Shown: positions 9,834-20,050 of the stretch, piece by piece | Layout: every line of letters begins with the position of its first letter | How positions within the stretch are numbered: position 1 is the stretch's first letter | DNA from: Escherichia phage D5505 | DNA: 64,000 nt | Sequence record: MK327929.1 | Reading direction: 5' to 3' (one strand) | Program-made: the position numbers and the translations under genes | Notes under the pieces: generated by a model | Told to the model about the DNA's origin: nothing | The model's database searches: none | Seen by the model: only the letters and a program-made list of their open reading frames with translations

Positions 9834-11002
9834 GTATGTTACAACGTCCTGGATATCCAAATCTCAGCGTTAAATTATTTGAGAGTTATGACGCTTGGAG
9901 TAATAATAGATTTGTTGAATTAGCTGCTACTATTACCACATTAACTATGCGTGACTCTCTTTATGGTCGAAATGAAGGAATGCTGCAGTTTTATGATTCT
10001 AAAAATATCCACACAAAAATGGATGGAAATGAAATAATTCAAATTTCTGTAGCTAATGCAAACGATATTAATAATGTTAAAACACGAATTTATGGATGCA
10101 AGCATTTTTCCGTGTCAGTAGATTCAAAAGGCGATAACATCATTGCTATTGAATTGGGAACTATTCATTCTATAGAAAATCTTAAATTTGGTAGACCATT
10201 TTTCCCTGATGCAGGTGAATCTATAAAAGAAATGCTTGGTGTCATTTATCAAGACCGCACATTATTAACTCCAGCAATAAATGCTATAAATGCTTATGTT
10301 CCTGATATTCCATGGACTAGTACATTTGAAAATTATTTGTCCTATGTAAGAGAAGTTGCTCTAGCGGTAGGAAGCGATAAGTTCGTATTTGTATGGCAAG
10401 ACATCATGGGAGTTAACATGATGGACTATGATATGATGATAAATCAAGAACCATATCCAATGATTGTAGGTGAGCCAACTTTAATAGGTCAATTCGTCCA
10501 AGAATTGAAATATCCATTAGCATATGATTTTGTTTGGTTGACTAAATCAAACCCGCATAAACGTGATCCAATGAAAAATGCTACTATCTATGCTCATTCG
10601 TTTTTAGATTCTTCACTGCCAATGATTACTACAGGAAAGGGTGAAAACTCTATTGTAGTGTCAAGGTCAGGTGCTTATTCTGAAATGACTTATAGAAATG
10701 GCTATGAAGAAGCTATTCGTCTTCAAACTATGGCGCAATATGATGGCTATGCTAAATGTTCTACTGTCGGTAATTTTAACTTGACTCCTGGTGTTAAAAT
10801 TATTTTTAATGATAGTAAAAACCAATTTAAAACAGAATTTTACGTTGATGAAGTTATCCATGAATTATCAAATAATAATTCAGTAACTCATCTATATATG
10901 TTCACTAATGCAACGAAACTGGAAACAATAGACCCAGTTAAGGTTAAAAATGAATTTAAATCTGATACTACCACTGAAGAAAGTAGTTCTTCCAATAAGT
11001 AA
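9830..11002 (+). CDS. 27: baseplate hub subunit gp27
   Basis: 390 aa, ATGA overlap with 51. Confidence 0.85.
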   Translation: MSMLQRPGYPNLSVKLFESYDAWSNNRFVELAATITTLTMRDSLYGRNEGMLQFYDSKNIHTKMDGNEIIQISVANANDINNVKTRIYGCKHFSVSVDSKGDNIIAIELGTIHSIENLKFGRPFFPDAGESIKEMLGVIYQDRTLLTPAINAINAYVPDIPWTSTFENYLSYVREVALAVGSDKFVFVWQDIMGVNMMDYDMMINQEPYPMIVGEPTLIGQFVQELKYPLAYDFVWLTKSNPHKRDPMKNATIYAHSFLDSSLPMITTGKGENSIVVSRSGAYSEMTYRNGYEEAIRLQTMAQYDGYAKCSTVGNFNLTPGVKIIFNDSKNQFKTEFYVDEVIHELSNNNSVTHLYMFTNATKLETIDPVKVKNEFKSDTTTEESSSSNK

Positions 11003-11483
11003 TAAAGAAGTTTCTATTCCTAAGATGGGTCTTAAACATTATAACATTTTAAAAGATGTTAAAGGTCCTGATGAAAATTTAAAACTTCTTATTGATTCTA
11101 TTTGTCCGAATTTATCACCGGCAGAAGTTGATTTCGTTTCCATTCATTTATTGGAATTTAATGGAAAGATTAAATCCCGTAAAGAAATAGATGGTTATAC
11201 TTATGATATTAATGACGTTTATGTATGTCAAAGATTGGAATTTCAATACCAAGGAAATACATTTTATTTTAGACCTCCTGGAAAATTTGAACAATTTTTA
11301 ACTGTAAGCGATATGTTATCCAAATGCTTGCTTAAGGTCAATGATGAAGTTAAAGAAATTAATTTTCTTGAGATGCCAGCATTTGTTTTAAAATGGGCAA
11401 ATGATATTTCTACAACTTTAGCAATTCCTGGCCCTAATGGTCCAATAACCGGAATTGGCAATATTATTGGATTATTTGAATGA
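10950..11483 (+). CDS. 28: baseplate hub distal subunit gp28
   Basis: 177 aa, starts inside the 3' end of gene 27 (53-nt overlap). Confidence 0.75.
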   Translation: MNLNLILPLKKVVLPISNKEVSIPKMGLKHYNILKDVKGPDENLKLLIDSICPNLSPAEVDFVSIHLLEFNGKIKSRKEIDGYTYDINDVYVCQRLEFQYQGNTFYFRPPGKFEQFLTVSDMLSKCLLKVNDEVKEINFLEMPAFVLKWANDISTTLAIPGPNGPITGIGNIIGLFE

Positions 11484-13252
11484 AAAAGCCACAAGAAATG
11501 CAAACGATGCGTAGAAAAGTTATTTCAGATAATAAACCAACACAGGAAGCGGCTAAATCCGCTTCTAATACTTTATCTGGTCTTAATGACATTTCTACAA
11601 AATTAGATGATGCTCAAGCTGCCTCTGAATTAATAGCTCAGACTGTTGAAGAAAAATCAAATGAAATAGTTGGAGCAATTGATAACGTTGAAAGCGCAGT
11701 AAGTGATACTACTGCCGGTTCTGAGTTAATTGCCGAGACTGTTGAAATTGGCAATAATATCAATAAAGAAATAGGCGAATCACTCGGAAGCAAATTAGAT
11801 AAATTAACGAGTTTATTAGAACAAAAAATTCAAACAGCTGGAATTCAACAGACTGGAACGAGTTTAGCAGTAGTAGAAAATGCTATTCCTGTTAAAGTCG
11901 TCGAGGATGATACAGCTGAATCTGTGGGTCCTTTATTACCGGCTTCTGAAGCAGTTAATAATGATCCTGATGCTGATTTTTTCCCTACTCCTCAGCCAAT
12001 TGAACCAAAACAAGAGTCTCCAGAAGAGAAGCAAAAAAGAGACGCATTTAACTTAAAATTATCTCAAGCTTTAGATAAATTAACAAAGACAGTTGATTTC
12101 GGATTTAAGAAATCTATTTCAATTACTGATAAAATATCTAGCATGCTATTTAAGTATACCGTCAGTGCTGCTATTGAAGCTGCTAAAATGGTTGCATTGA
12201 TAATGGCTGTTGTTATTGGAATAGACCTGCTGATGGTTCATTTTAAATACTGGTCAGATAAATTTTCAAAAGCCTGGGATTTATTTAGCACTGATTTTAA
12301 AACTTTCTCAAGCGAAACAGGAACTTGGGGCCTTTTATTACAAAGCATCTTTGAATCTATTGATGAAATTAAAAAGTTCTGGGAAGCTGGAGATTGGGGC
12401 GGATTAACAGTAGCTATTGTTGAAGGGCTTGGAAGTGTTCTTTATAATTTAGGAGAGCTTATTCAATTAGGTATGGCTAAATTATCTGCAGCAATTCTTC
12501 GAGTCATTCCTGGCATGAAGGATACTGCTGATGAAGTAGAAGGAAGAGCATTAGAAAATTTCCAAAATTCTACTGGAGCATCTCTTAATAAAGAAGACCA
12601 AGAAAAAGTAGCAAATTATCAAGATAAACGAATGAATGATGATCTTGGCCCAATAGCAAAAGGATTAGACAAAATTGCGAACTGGAAAACTCGTGCATCT
12701 AACTGGATTCGTGGTGTAGATAATAAAGAAGCATTGACTACTGACGAAGAACGTGCAGCAGAAGAAGAAAAATTAAAACAACTTTCACCGGAAGAAAGAA
12801 AAAATGCTTTAATGAAAGCTAATGAAGCTCGTGCTGCGATGATTCGTTTTGAAAAATACGCTGATTCAGCTGATATGAGCAAAGACTCGACAGTTAAATC
12901 AATTGAAGCTGCTCATGAAGACCTTAAAAAACGAATGAATGATCCGGATTTAAATAATTCACCAGCAGTTAAAAAAGAACTTGCTTCTAGATTTGCTAAA
13001 ATTGATGCCACTTATCAAGAGCTCAAGAAAAATCAACCTGAAGCAAAACCTGAAACTTCTGCTAAATCACCAGAAGCAAAACAGGTCCAGGTGATTGAAA
13101 AGAACAAAGCACAACAAGCTCCTGTTCAACAAGCATCTCCTTCAATCAATAATACTAATAATGTTATTAAGAAAAATACTGTCGTTCATAATATGACACC
13201 TGTCACAAGCACAACTGCTCCTGGTGTATTTGGTGCGACGGGAGTTAATTAA
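11480..13252 (+). CDS. 29: gp29 baseplate hub / tail length determinator
   Basis: 590 aa, coiled-coil rich, synteny. Confidence 0.85.
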   Translation: MKKPQEMQTMRRKVISDNKPTQEAAKSASNTLSGLNDISTKLDDAQAASELIAQTVEEKSNEIVGAIDNVESAVSDTTAGSELIAETVEIGNNINKEIGESLGSKLDKLTSLLEQKIQTAGIQQTGTSLAVVENAIPVKVVEDDTAESVGPLLPASEAVNNDPDADFFPTPQPIEPKQESPEEKQKRDAFNLKLSQALDKLTKTVDFGFKKSISITDKISSMLFKYTVSAAIEAAKMVALIMAVVIGIDLLMVHFKYWSDKFSKAWDLFSTDFKTFSSETGTWGLLLQSIFESIDEIKKFWEAGDWGGLTVAIVEGLGSVLYNLGELIQLGMAKLSAAILRVIPGMKDTADEVEGRALENFQNSTGASLNKEDQEKVANYQDKRMNDDLGPIAKGLDKIANWKTRASNWIRGVDNKEALTTDEERAAEEEKLKQLSPEERKNALMKANEARAAMIRFEKYADSADMSKDSTVKSIEAAHEDLKKRMNDPDLNNSPAVKKELASRFAKIDATYQELKKNQPEAKPETSAKSPEAKQVQVIEKNKAQQAPVQQASPSINNTNNVIKKNTVVHNMTPVTSTTAPGVFGATGVN

Positions 13253-13260
13253 GGAATAAT

Positions 13261-14355
13261 ATGGCAATTGTTAAAGAAATAACTGCTGATTTAATTAAAA
13301 AGTCCGGTGAAACAATTTCAGCCGGACAGAGTACTAAATCAGAAGTAGGAACTAAAACATACACAGCCCAGTTTCCAACTGGGCGTGCTAGTGGTAATGA
13401 CACTACAGGGGACTTCCAGGTAACAGATCTATATAAGAATGGATTATTATTTACTGCATACAATATGTCATCTAGGGATTCTGGAAGTCTTAGAACGATG
13501 AGATCTAACTACTCTTCTTCATCTTCGAGTATTTTACGTACAGCCAGAAACACTATCAGTAATACAGTATCAAAACTATCAAATGGACTAATATCAGATA
13601 ATAATTCAGGAGCAATAAGTAAAGTTCCTGTTGCAAATATTCTTTTACCTAGATCTAAATCTGACGTCGATACGTCATCACATAGATTTAATGATGTTCA
13701 AGATAGTCTTATTACAAAAGGTGGAGGTACTGCTACTGGTGTGCTAAGCAATATGGCTTCAACCGCAGTATTTGGAGCGCTGGAAAGTATAACACAAGGT
13801 ATAATGGCTGATAATAATGAACAGATTTATACGACAGCCAGAAGCATGTACGGCGGTGCTGAAAATAGAACTAAAGTGTTCACTTGGGATTTGACTCCGC
13901 GCTCAACAGAAGATTTAATGGCTATTATTAATATCTATCAGTATTTTAACTATTTTTCTTACGGTGAAACTGGTAAATCTCAATATGCTGCTGAAATAAA
14001 AGGATATTTAGATGAGTGGTACCGTTCTACTTTTATTGAGCCGTTAACTCCAGAAGATGCAGTTAAAAATAAGACGTTATTTGAGAAAATGACATCGAGT
14101 TTAACTAACGTTCTTGTAGTTTCAAACCCGACAATTTGGATGGTGAAAAACTTTGGTGCAACATCTAAGTTTGATGGAAAAACGGAAATATTCGGTCCAT
14201 GTCAAATCCAGAGTATCAGATTTGATAAAACACCTAATGGTAACTTTAACGGATTAGCTATTGCTCCAAATCTCCCTAGTACATTTACTCTCGAGATTAC
14301 TATGAGAGAAATTATCACGTTAAACCGTGCTTCTTTATATGCGGGGACTTTTTAA
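13261..14355 (+). CDS. 48: gp48 baseplate tail tube cap
   Basis: 364 aa, synteny. Confidence 0.85.
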   Translation: MAIVKEITADLIKKSGETISAGQSTKSEVGTKTYTAQFPTGRASGNDTTGDFQVTDLYKNGLLFTAYNMSSRDSGSLRTMRSNYSSSSSSILRTARNTISNTVSKLSNGLISDNNSGAISKVPVANILLPRSKSDVDTSSHRFNDVQDSLITKGGGTATGVLSNMASTAVFGALESITQGIMADNNEQIYTTARSMYGGAENRTKVFTWDLTPRSTEDLMAIINIYQYFNYFSYGETGKSQYAAEIKGYLDEWYRSTFIEPLTPEDAVKNKTLFEKMTSSLTNVLVVSNPTIWMVKNFGATSKFDGKTEIFGPCQIQSIRFDKTPNGNFNGLAIAPNLPSTFTLEITMREIITLNRASLYAGTF

Positions 14356-15320
14356 TGTATTCTTTAGAGGAATTTAATAATCAAGCAATAAACGCAGATT
14401 TCCAACGTAATAATATGTTCAGCTGTGTTTTTGCTACAACTCCATCAACTAAAAGCTCTTCGTTGATAAGTTCAATTAGCAACTTTTCTTATAATAACTT
14501 GGGCCTAAATTCAGATTGGTTAGGATTAACTCAAGGCGATATTAATCAGGGAATTACTACGCTAATTACAGCTGGCACACAAAAACTGATAAGAAAATCA
14601 GGGGTTAGTAAATATCTTATTGGTGCCATGAGTCAACGTACAGTTCAAAGTTTATTAGGCTCATTTACAGTTGGTACATATTTAATTGACTTCTTTAACA
14701 TGGCATATAACTCATCTGGATTGATGATATACTCTGTAAAAATGCCAGAGAATAGATTATCCTATGAAACTGACTGGAACTATAATTCTCCTAATATTCG
14801 TATAACTGGGAGAGAATTAGACCCTTTGGTTATTTCATTCAGAATGGATTCAGAAGCTTGTAACTATCGTGCAATGCAAGACTGGGTTAACGCTGTTCAA
14901 GACCCAGTAACTGGATTGCGTGCTTTGCCGCAAGATGTCGAGGCAGATATTCAGGTTAATCTTCATTCTCGCAATGGATTACCACATACTGCGGTGATGT
15001 TCACTGGATGCATTCCAGTGTCAGTGAGCGCTCCTGAGTTATCATATGATGGAGATAACCAAATAACTACATTTGATGTTACTTTTGCATATAGAGTCAT
15101 GCAGGCTGGAGCAGTTGATAGGCAAGCTGCGCTTGAATGGCTTGAATCTGCTGCTATAAATGGTATTCAAAGCGTTCTCGGAAATAGTGGAGGTGTTACT
15201 GGACTATCTAATTCGCTTTCACGACTCAGTAGATTAGGGGGAACTGCAGGAAGCATTTCAAACATTAATACTATGACAGGAATTGTCAATTCGCAAAGTA
15301 AAATATTAGGAGCAATATAA
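14355..15320 (+). CDS. 54: gp54 baseplate tail tube initiator
   Basis: 321 aa, synteny. Confidence 0.85.
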   Translation: MYSLEEFNNQAINADFQRNNMFSCVFATTPSTKSSSLISSISNFSYNNLGLNSDWLGLTQGDINQGITTLITAGTQKLIRKSGVSKYLIGAMSQRTVQSLLGSFTVGTYLIDFFNMAYNSSGLMIYSVKMPENRLSYETDWNYNSPNIRITGRELDPLVISFRMDSEACNYRAMQDWVNAVQDPVTGLRALPQDVEADIQVNLHSRNGLPHTAVMFTGCIPVSVSAPELSYDGDNQITTFDVTFAYRVMQAGAVDRQAALEWLESAAINGIQSVLGNSGGVTGLSNSLSRLSRLGGTAGSISNINTMTGIVNSQSKILGAI

Positions 15321-15324
15321 CAAT

Positions 15325-15342
15325 GGGGACCTTTCGGTCCCC
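15325..15342. terminator. hairpin GGGGACC-TTTC-GGTCCCC after gene 54
   Basis: perfect 7-bp GC stem followed by T-rich tract. Confidence 0.5.
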
Positions 15343-15348
15343 ATATTT

Positions 15349-15639
15349 TTATTTACGGAATGAAATGAAAGCAGCAACTGAAGCAACTAAACTGTCTTCA
15401 ATATAAACTTCAATTTTTACCGGAGCTTCTGACTCAAATTTACCTGTTACTACACCCTGAAAAATACTTTCAGTCTGTTCTGGCTTTGAAAAATTTTCAG
15501 AAGGAAAAATTCCGAACTTTTTATCTGTTCCAAAAATTTTGATAAATTCATCGTAAACTGCTTCATTAAAAGCATTATCAGCAGGAATAACGCCTTCAAC
15601 TACAAGTTCTTGACCTAAAAAGCGCAAAGAAGATTTCAT
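15349..15639 (-). CDS. hypothetical protein (alt.-3 position)
   Basis: 96-aa ORF with ATG, preceded by early promoter. Confidence 0.5.
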   Translation of the reverse strand: MKSSLRFLGQELVVEGVIPADNAFNEAVYDEFIKIFGTDKKFGIFPSENFSKPEQTESIFQGVVTGKFESEAPVKIEVYIEDSLVASVAAFISFRK

Positions 15640-15670
15640 TTTGTGTTCCTCATGTTATGTCAGTAAGACT

Positions 15671-15700
15671 ACTATAACACAACACGAGGGACTTGTAAAC
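15671..15700 (-). promoter_or_regulatory. sigma70-type early promoter (GTTTACA - 17 nt - TATAGT), copy A of a 54-bp repeat
   Basis: minus strand GTTTACAagtccctcgtgttgtgtTATAGT; identical element at 31595-31624. Confidence 0.55.
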
Positions 15701-17757
15701 TACATCTTGAACTTTTTAGACATTCCGTTGATGTTAACCAAAGAAGCTAAGATTTGAGAAACTTCGTTTTCCTCTTCTTTTGATTCTTCTACAAGGAATT
15801 GATTAAATCCAGCCATTGGACGAACTTCACCAGTTTCCATCAAATGATCGCCATCATATACTGATTCTTCTAATTGCTCAGAAGGAGGAACGATTGTACC
15901 TTCGATTAGATACTTGTTATAAGCAGTTTCTTTCATAAAGTAAGTACTTACTTTATTAATCTTCAGTAAAATTCCACGCGGTAGAATAACTTCAGCTTCT
16001 GATGGAAATCCTGATAAATGACCCGGAACGATAACTTTGATTCGCTCAGCTCCTTTAATTACCATACCCACGCTAGTTTCAGCATCTTCATTAGCATATG
16101 TAGAATGACTACCCATATGCATCAAATCTTCTGCATCAACGGAACCTTCTCCTTCACCAGAAAATACTGCACCGGAATCATCTAGAGCCATATAGTTTTT
16201 ACCATGCTCGCCGAAGATATTTGGTTTAAGCGATGTAGATACGAAGTTCTTGAAATAGAACATTTTGTTTTCAATGTTATGACGCAAAGTTTTAAAGGTA
16301 ACTTCTTGTCCGCGATAAAGCGTAGTTCCTGGAGGAAGAACTGAACCTTTAGCGAATGCAGAATCCAACGTCTCGATGTGCTTAATAGCTCGTTCCATAT
16401 ATTCTTCACGGGTAGAATCTGGTTTACCCAAAAGGAACGAGTTCATTTCAACATATGAATCTGCACAATAATCTTCAATTACATCAGATTCGGCCTGAGT
16501 CAGTCCTTTTGGAGTTACTTCAGTGCTTGCGTATTCATATGCCTGGGCAGCAGATTCATTAATCAATTTATAAATGCCATTCATGACAAATTGAATAATA
16601 GCTGTCTTTTCATCTGGCGTAGCTTTAGAACCTTTAACTAAATCATTAATAATTTTCTTAATAACATCAAAGCTATTAGAAATATTAATGTCAGCAAGAT
16701 CGCTTAAAATTTTATCAGTTTTATAATCAAAGAATTCTTTATTCTTTAAATATTCTTGAGAACCTTGATATGTTATATCGCTCTGCAACTTGATAGATGG
16801 ATCACGTAAACGTGCATGGGCCAATGCAATATGATTTCGGAAGCTTTCTAGTTCATAATCGCTAGATTTAAAACGAGAAGCACTTCTCATACCACCGATA
16901 GCTCCTTTGCTGAAGTTTGAACCAATCTGGATAACGCCAGAGTTCATTGGTCCTTCTGCTTTATATACCGGAACTTTAGATTCAAACTCTTGATATTTCT
17001 TGGCAGCGAAGCTATCACCCTGTAGCGAAGCATCGACAGTAGAATATTGAGCTTGTGCTGCTAATCGACGACTAATTTTAGTTTTTTGAATAACAGCTTG
17101 ATCCGTGCGCTTATCATTTTCTAAAGCAATAGAAGCAGCAACAGCGACAGCTTTAGGAACAGCATTACCTGTTTTAACATCTACATAAACATCACCGACC
17201 TTCGATTCAACTTTTGTGAATAACTCAGTTGAAATAGGAGGTACACCTGGAATGTCTTCTAAATTGGCATTTTTACGGTAAACCATAATATATGCATACT
17301 TTTTATCATAGTCCCAGATTTCCTTTAAAAGAACATATCGACCTGCTCCTTTAGTACGTACTAAACGGTCAGCAATAACTTGCATTTGACGAGCAGCGCC
17401 ATTTGTTTTACTCTTTAGTACGCGGAATAAGCATGCATCAATTTTATACTGTTTCATTGTTTGAAGAGCAGTATCAAAAACAGCGTTAATGACGCCAATT
17501 GGATTTCCACCCAAGTTTCTAAGTTTAACCAGTGATAATTTCTCGTTGACACCTATCATTACGATATGCATCATTTTATCGCCCGGCTTAACGTTTTTAT
17601 TTGTATCACCTCCAGAGGTGTATGTACAAAATCTAAATCCAGGAAGCACGCTTTCTTCGCCGGCTTGAATAGCAAAAATTTGAGGTATTTTATGCTTAGG
17701 ATTTAAGTTAACAACCGGCGCCGAAGCGCCGTCAAATAATTCTGTAATAAGTTCCAT
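15700..17757 (-). CDS. Alt-like ADP-ribosyltransferase paralog
   Basis: 685 aa; N-terminus MELITELFD shared with Alt; R-S-E ART motifs LYRGQ, FVSTSL, EVILPRG; divergent C-terminal half. Confidence 0.8.
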   Translation of the reverse strand: MELITELFDGASAPVVNLNPKHKIPQIFAIQAGEESVLPGFRFCTYTSGGDTNKNVKPGDKMMHIVMIGVNEKLSLVKLRNLGGNPIGVINAVFDTALQTMKQYKIDACLFRVLKSKTNGAARQMQVIADRLVRTKGAGRYVLLKEIWDYDKKYAYIMVYRKNANLEDIPGVPPISTELFTKVESKVGDVYVDVKTGNAVPKAVAVAASIALENDKRTDQAVIQKTKISRRLAAQAQYSTVDASLQGDSFAAKKYQEFESKVPVYKAEGPMNSGVIQIGSNFSKGAIGGMRSASRFKSSDYELESFRNHIALAHARLRDPSIKLQSDITYQGSQEYLKNKEFFDYKTDKILSDLADINISNSFDVIKKIINDLVKGSKATPDEKTAIIQFVMNGIYKLINESAAQAYEYASTEVTPKGLTQAESDVIEDYCADSYVEMNSFLLGKPDSTREEYMERAIKHIETLDSAFAKGSVLPPGTTLYRGQEVTFKTLRHNIENKMFYFKNFVSTSLKPNIFGEHGKNYMALDDSGAVFSGEGEGSVDAEDLMHMGSHSTYANEDAETSVGMVIKGAERIKVIVPGHLSGFPSEAEVILPRGILLKINKVSTYFMKETAYNKYLIEGTIVPPSEQLEESVYDGDHLMETGEVRPMAGFNQFLVEESKEEENEVSQILASLVNINGMSKKFKM

Positions 17758-17760
17758 GAT

Positions 17761-19809
17761 TTATCCTTGAACGAACTTGTAAGGCATGTTTGCAATATCT
17801 ATGCAAGACGCAATAATTCCAAGAGATGATTCTACTTTCTGTTTAACATTTGATGAAACAAATGATGCAAAGTCAACTCTATCTTCTATATCACCTGTCA
17901 TTGTAACCAATTCACCAGTTTCCATTAAATGGTCTCCGTCATAGATTACCGATTCGGTGAGTTCTTCTGTGGTCATAACTTCAGCTTGAATAAGCTTGTT
18001 GTTAGTTTTAACTGTTCCATCATTGTAAGATGCATCGGTTATTTTATTAACTTTGACCATTAATCCACGTGGCAAAATGACTTCCATTTCATTTGAAGGT
18101 GCTAAACTTCCACCGGGTAAAACAACATTGACCTTATCAGCCCCAGTAATAACCCATCCAATTCCAACTAAATTATCGCTAGAATTTACTAGTCCTTCAT
18201 CAGTTTTATCAATAGAAACACTTAGACGCTTTTCGTCTGGTAAAACACCTACAGATGAATCAGTCATCCAAGTACCAAAAATATTTGGATATAATGATGT
18301 TGACACAAAGTTTCTAAAATAAAAAACTCGATTTTTTACCATTGCTTCATATATTGAAGGTAACATTCGTTGTGAACGATACAAAGTAATACCTTTTGGT
18401 AATCGTTCACCATTTTTAAAGGCTGAATCTAAATTATCAATAGCTTTTTCTATGTCAGATGCTGTCAAAATACTTGTACGCTCATCTGGATTATATAATC
18501 CCAAAAGAGCATTATTTATATCTACATATCCTGAACCTACGTATTCACGAATTCCGCGTTTTTGCGCCGGTGTGTATTTAGATGAATCTTTATTTTCGAC
18601 TATAGGATGTAATGACCATCCAGCTGTAAGAGCATATCCACGTAATTCTCTTCGAATAATCTTTGTTTTTATTGCATTCCAAGAATTTTGTACTAACTCA
18701 TTTGCAGCATCTTGATTTAAATGCGAATGTTTGTTAATATTTCTTTCAAACCAAGCACCTTTATATTTTTCTAAAGTATCATCGACGATAGAAGCAATAG
18801 TTTCTAAAGTTTTTATTGAAGTAATAGATTCTTTTCGTAATCTTTCTAAAGCTTTATTTTTTATTTCTGTATTAACATCAGATTCTTTATCTTCAGGAAT
18901 TATAGAAGCTTCTCTGAATGCCATTCCAGCTGTAACACTATTAAGAGCATTCTCTAATGCAAATCCTGAAGTAGAAATAACAGTTAATTCGTTAGCATCG
19001 GAAATTAAAGGCGCATCAGCGGGTTTATTTAATTCTGCTGCTGAAGCCTCAAATTTTTGAAACATCGGTGTTTCAAATCTAGAAGATTCCAATGATTGAC
19101 TTTGCGCAATTGCTCTACGGGAAATTTTAACTTTAACGATTACAGCTTGGTCAGAACGTTTATCATTTTCTTGTGCAATAGATGCTGCAATTGCCTCATT
19201 TTTAGTTACTTGAGCTCCAGTATCTTTATTGATATAAACATCACCGACCTTCGATTCAACTTTAGTAAAGAGCTCGGTACTAATTTCTGGAACTCCTGGA
19301 ATGTCTTCTAGTGATACATTTTTGCGATGTATAAGAATATATGCATACTTTTTATCATAATCCCAGAGTTCCTTAAGAAGGACGTATCTGCCACCTGAAC
19401 GACTACGGATAAGTCTATCAGCAATAACTTGAATTTGTCGAGCTTGACCAGCGGTTTTAGACTTAAGAATACGGAGCATACAAGCATCAATTTTATATTG
19501 ACGCATTGTTTGCATTGCAACAGTAAAAACTGAATTGATATAATTAATTGGGCTTGGCCCAAGACCTTTCAATTTAGCAATTGAACCTTTAGCGGTTAAT
19601 GTAAAAGGAACAATATGCATCATTTTATCGCCCATTTTTAAATCGCGATTAGTATCACCTCCAGATGTATAGGTACATAAACGAAAGCCTGGCTGTTCAA
19701 TTGCATCATCAACGTGAACTGAAAAAATTTGCGGTATTTTCTTCTTTGGATTTAAGTTTGTAATCGGAAGAGTAGTATCTTCGTCAAATAATTCTGTAAT
19801 GAGTTCCAT
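17761..19809 (-). CDS. alt: Alt ADP-ribosyltransferase (packaged, injected)
   Basis: 682 aa from second ATG; motifs LYRSQ, FVSTSL, EVILPRG; matches remembered T4 Alt. Confidence 0.85.
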   Translation of the reverse strand: MELITELFDEDTTLPITNLNPKKKIPQIFSVHVDDAIEQPGFRLCTYTSGGDTNRDLKMGDKMMHIVPFTLTAKGSIAKLKGLGPSPINYINSVFTVAMQTMRQYKIDACMLRILKSKTAGQARQIQVIADRLIRSRSGGRYVLLKELWDYDKKYAYILIHRKNVSLEDIPGVPEISTELFTKVESKVGDVYINKDTGAQVTKNEAIAASIAQENDKRSDQAVIVKVKISRRAIAQSQSLESSRFETPMFQKFEASAAELNKPADAPLISDANELTVISTSGFALENALNSVTAGMAFREASIIPEDKESDVNTEIKNKALERLRKESITSIKTLETIASIVDDTLEKYKGAWFERNINKHSHLNQDAANELVQNSWNAIKTKIIRRELRGYALTAGWSLHPIVENKDSSKYTPAQKRGIREYVGSGYVDINNALLGLYNPDERTSILTASDIEKAIDNLDSAFKNGERLPKGITLYRSQRMLPSIYEAMVKNRVFYFRNFVSTSLYPNIFGTWMTDSSVGVLPDEKRLSVSIDKTDEGLVNSSDNLVGIGWVITGADKVNVVLPGGSLAPSNEMEVILPRGLMVKVNKITDASYNDGTVKTNNKLIQAEVMTTEELTESVIYDGDHLMETGELVTMTGDIEDRVDFASFVSSNVKQKVESSLGIIASCIDIANMPYKFVQG

Positions 19810-19832
19810 CATATCCTCTCTAGTGTTTATTC

Positions 19833-19840
19833 TATTTATA
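19833..19840 (-). promoter_or_regulatory. late promoter TATAAATA upstream of alt
   Basis: plus TATTTATA about 20 nt upstream of alt start. Confidence 0.5.
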
Positions 19841-19861
19841 AAATTAAAGGCCCGAAGGCCT

Positions 19862-20050
19862 TTAATAATCTATTGGTAAGAGAGTACGGTATATTTCAAA
19901 CTTTGGACCTTTTTCATAGGCATCAAATGTTTCTGTGAATTTATTATAAGCATATGCATCTACAAATTCGAGAATGACTTGTGATACAGAAGTAGAAACA
20001 TCTCCACCTTCTTTTTGAGCAATGACAATTGTTTCTAAGTAAGCTTTCAT
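19862..20050 (-). CDS. hypothetical protein
   Basis: 62-aa ORF, ATGA overlap with the gene 30 stop. Confidence 0.4.
   Translation of the reverse strand: MKAYLETIVIAQKEGGDVSTSVSQVILEFVDAYAYNKFTETFDAYEKGPKFEIYRTLLPIDY

Noticed and set aside
10950-11002. Overlap of genes 27 and 28 as a possible annotation or frameshift problem
   Set aside because: Both ORFs are full length (390 and 177 aa) and this overlap is the normal T4 arrangement.
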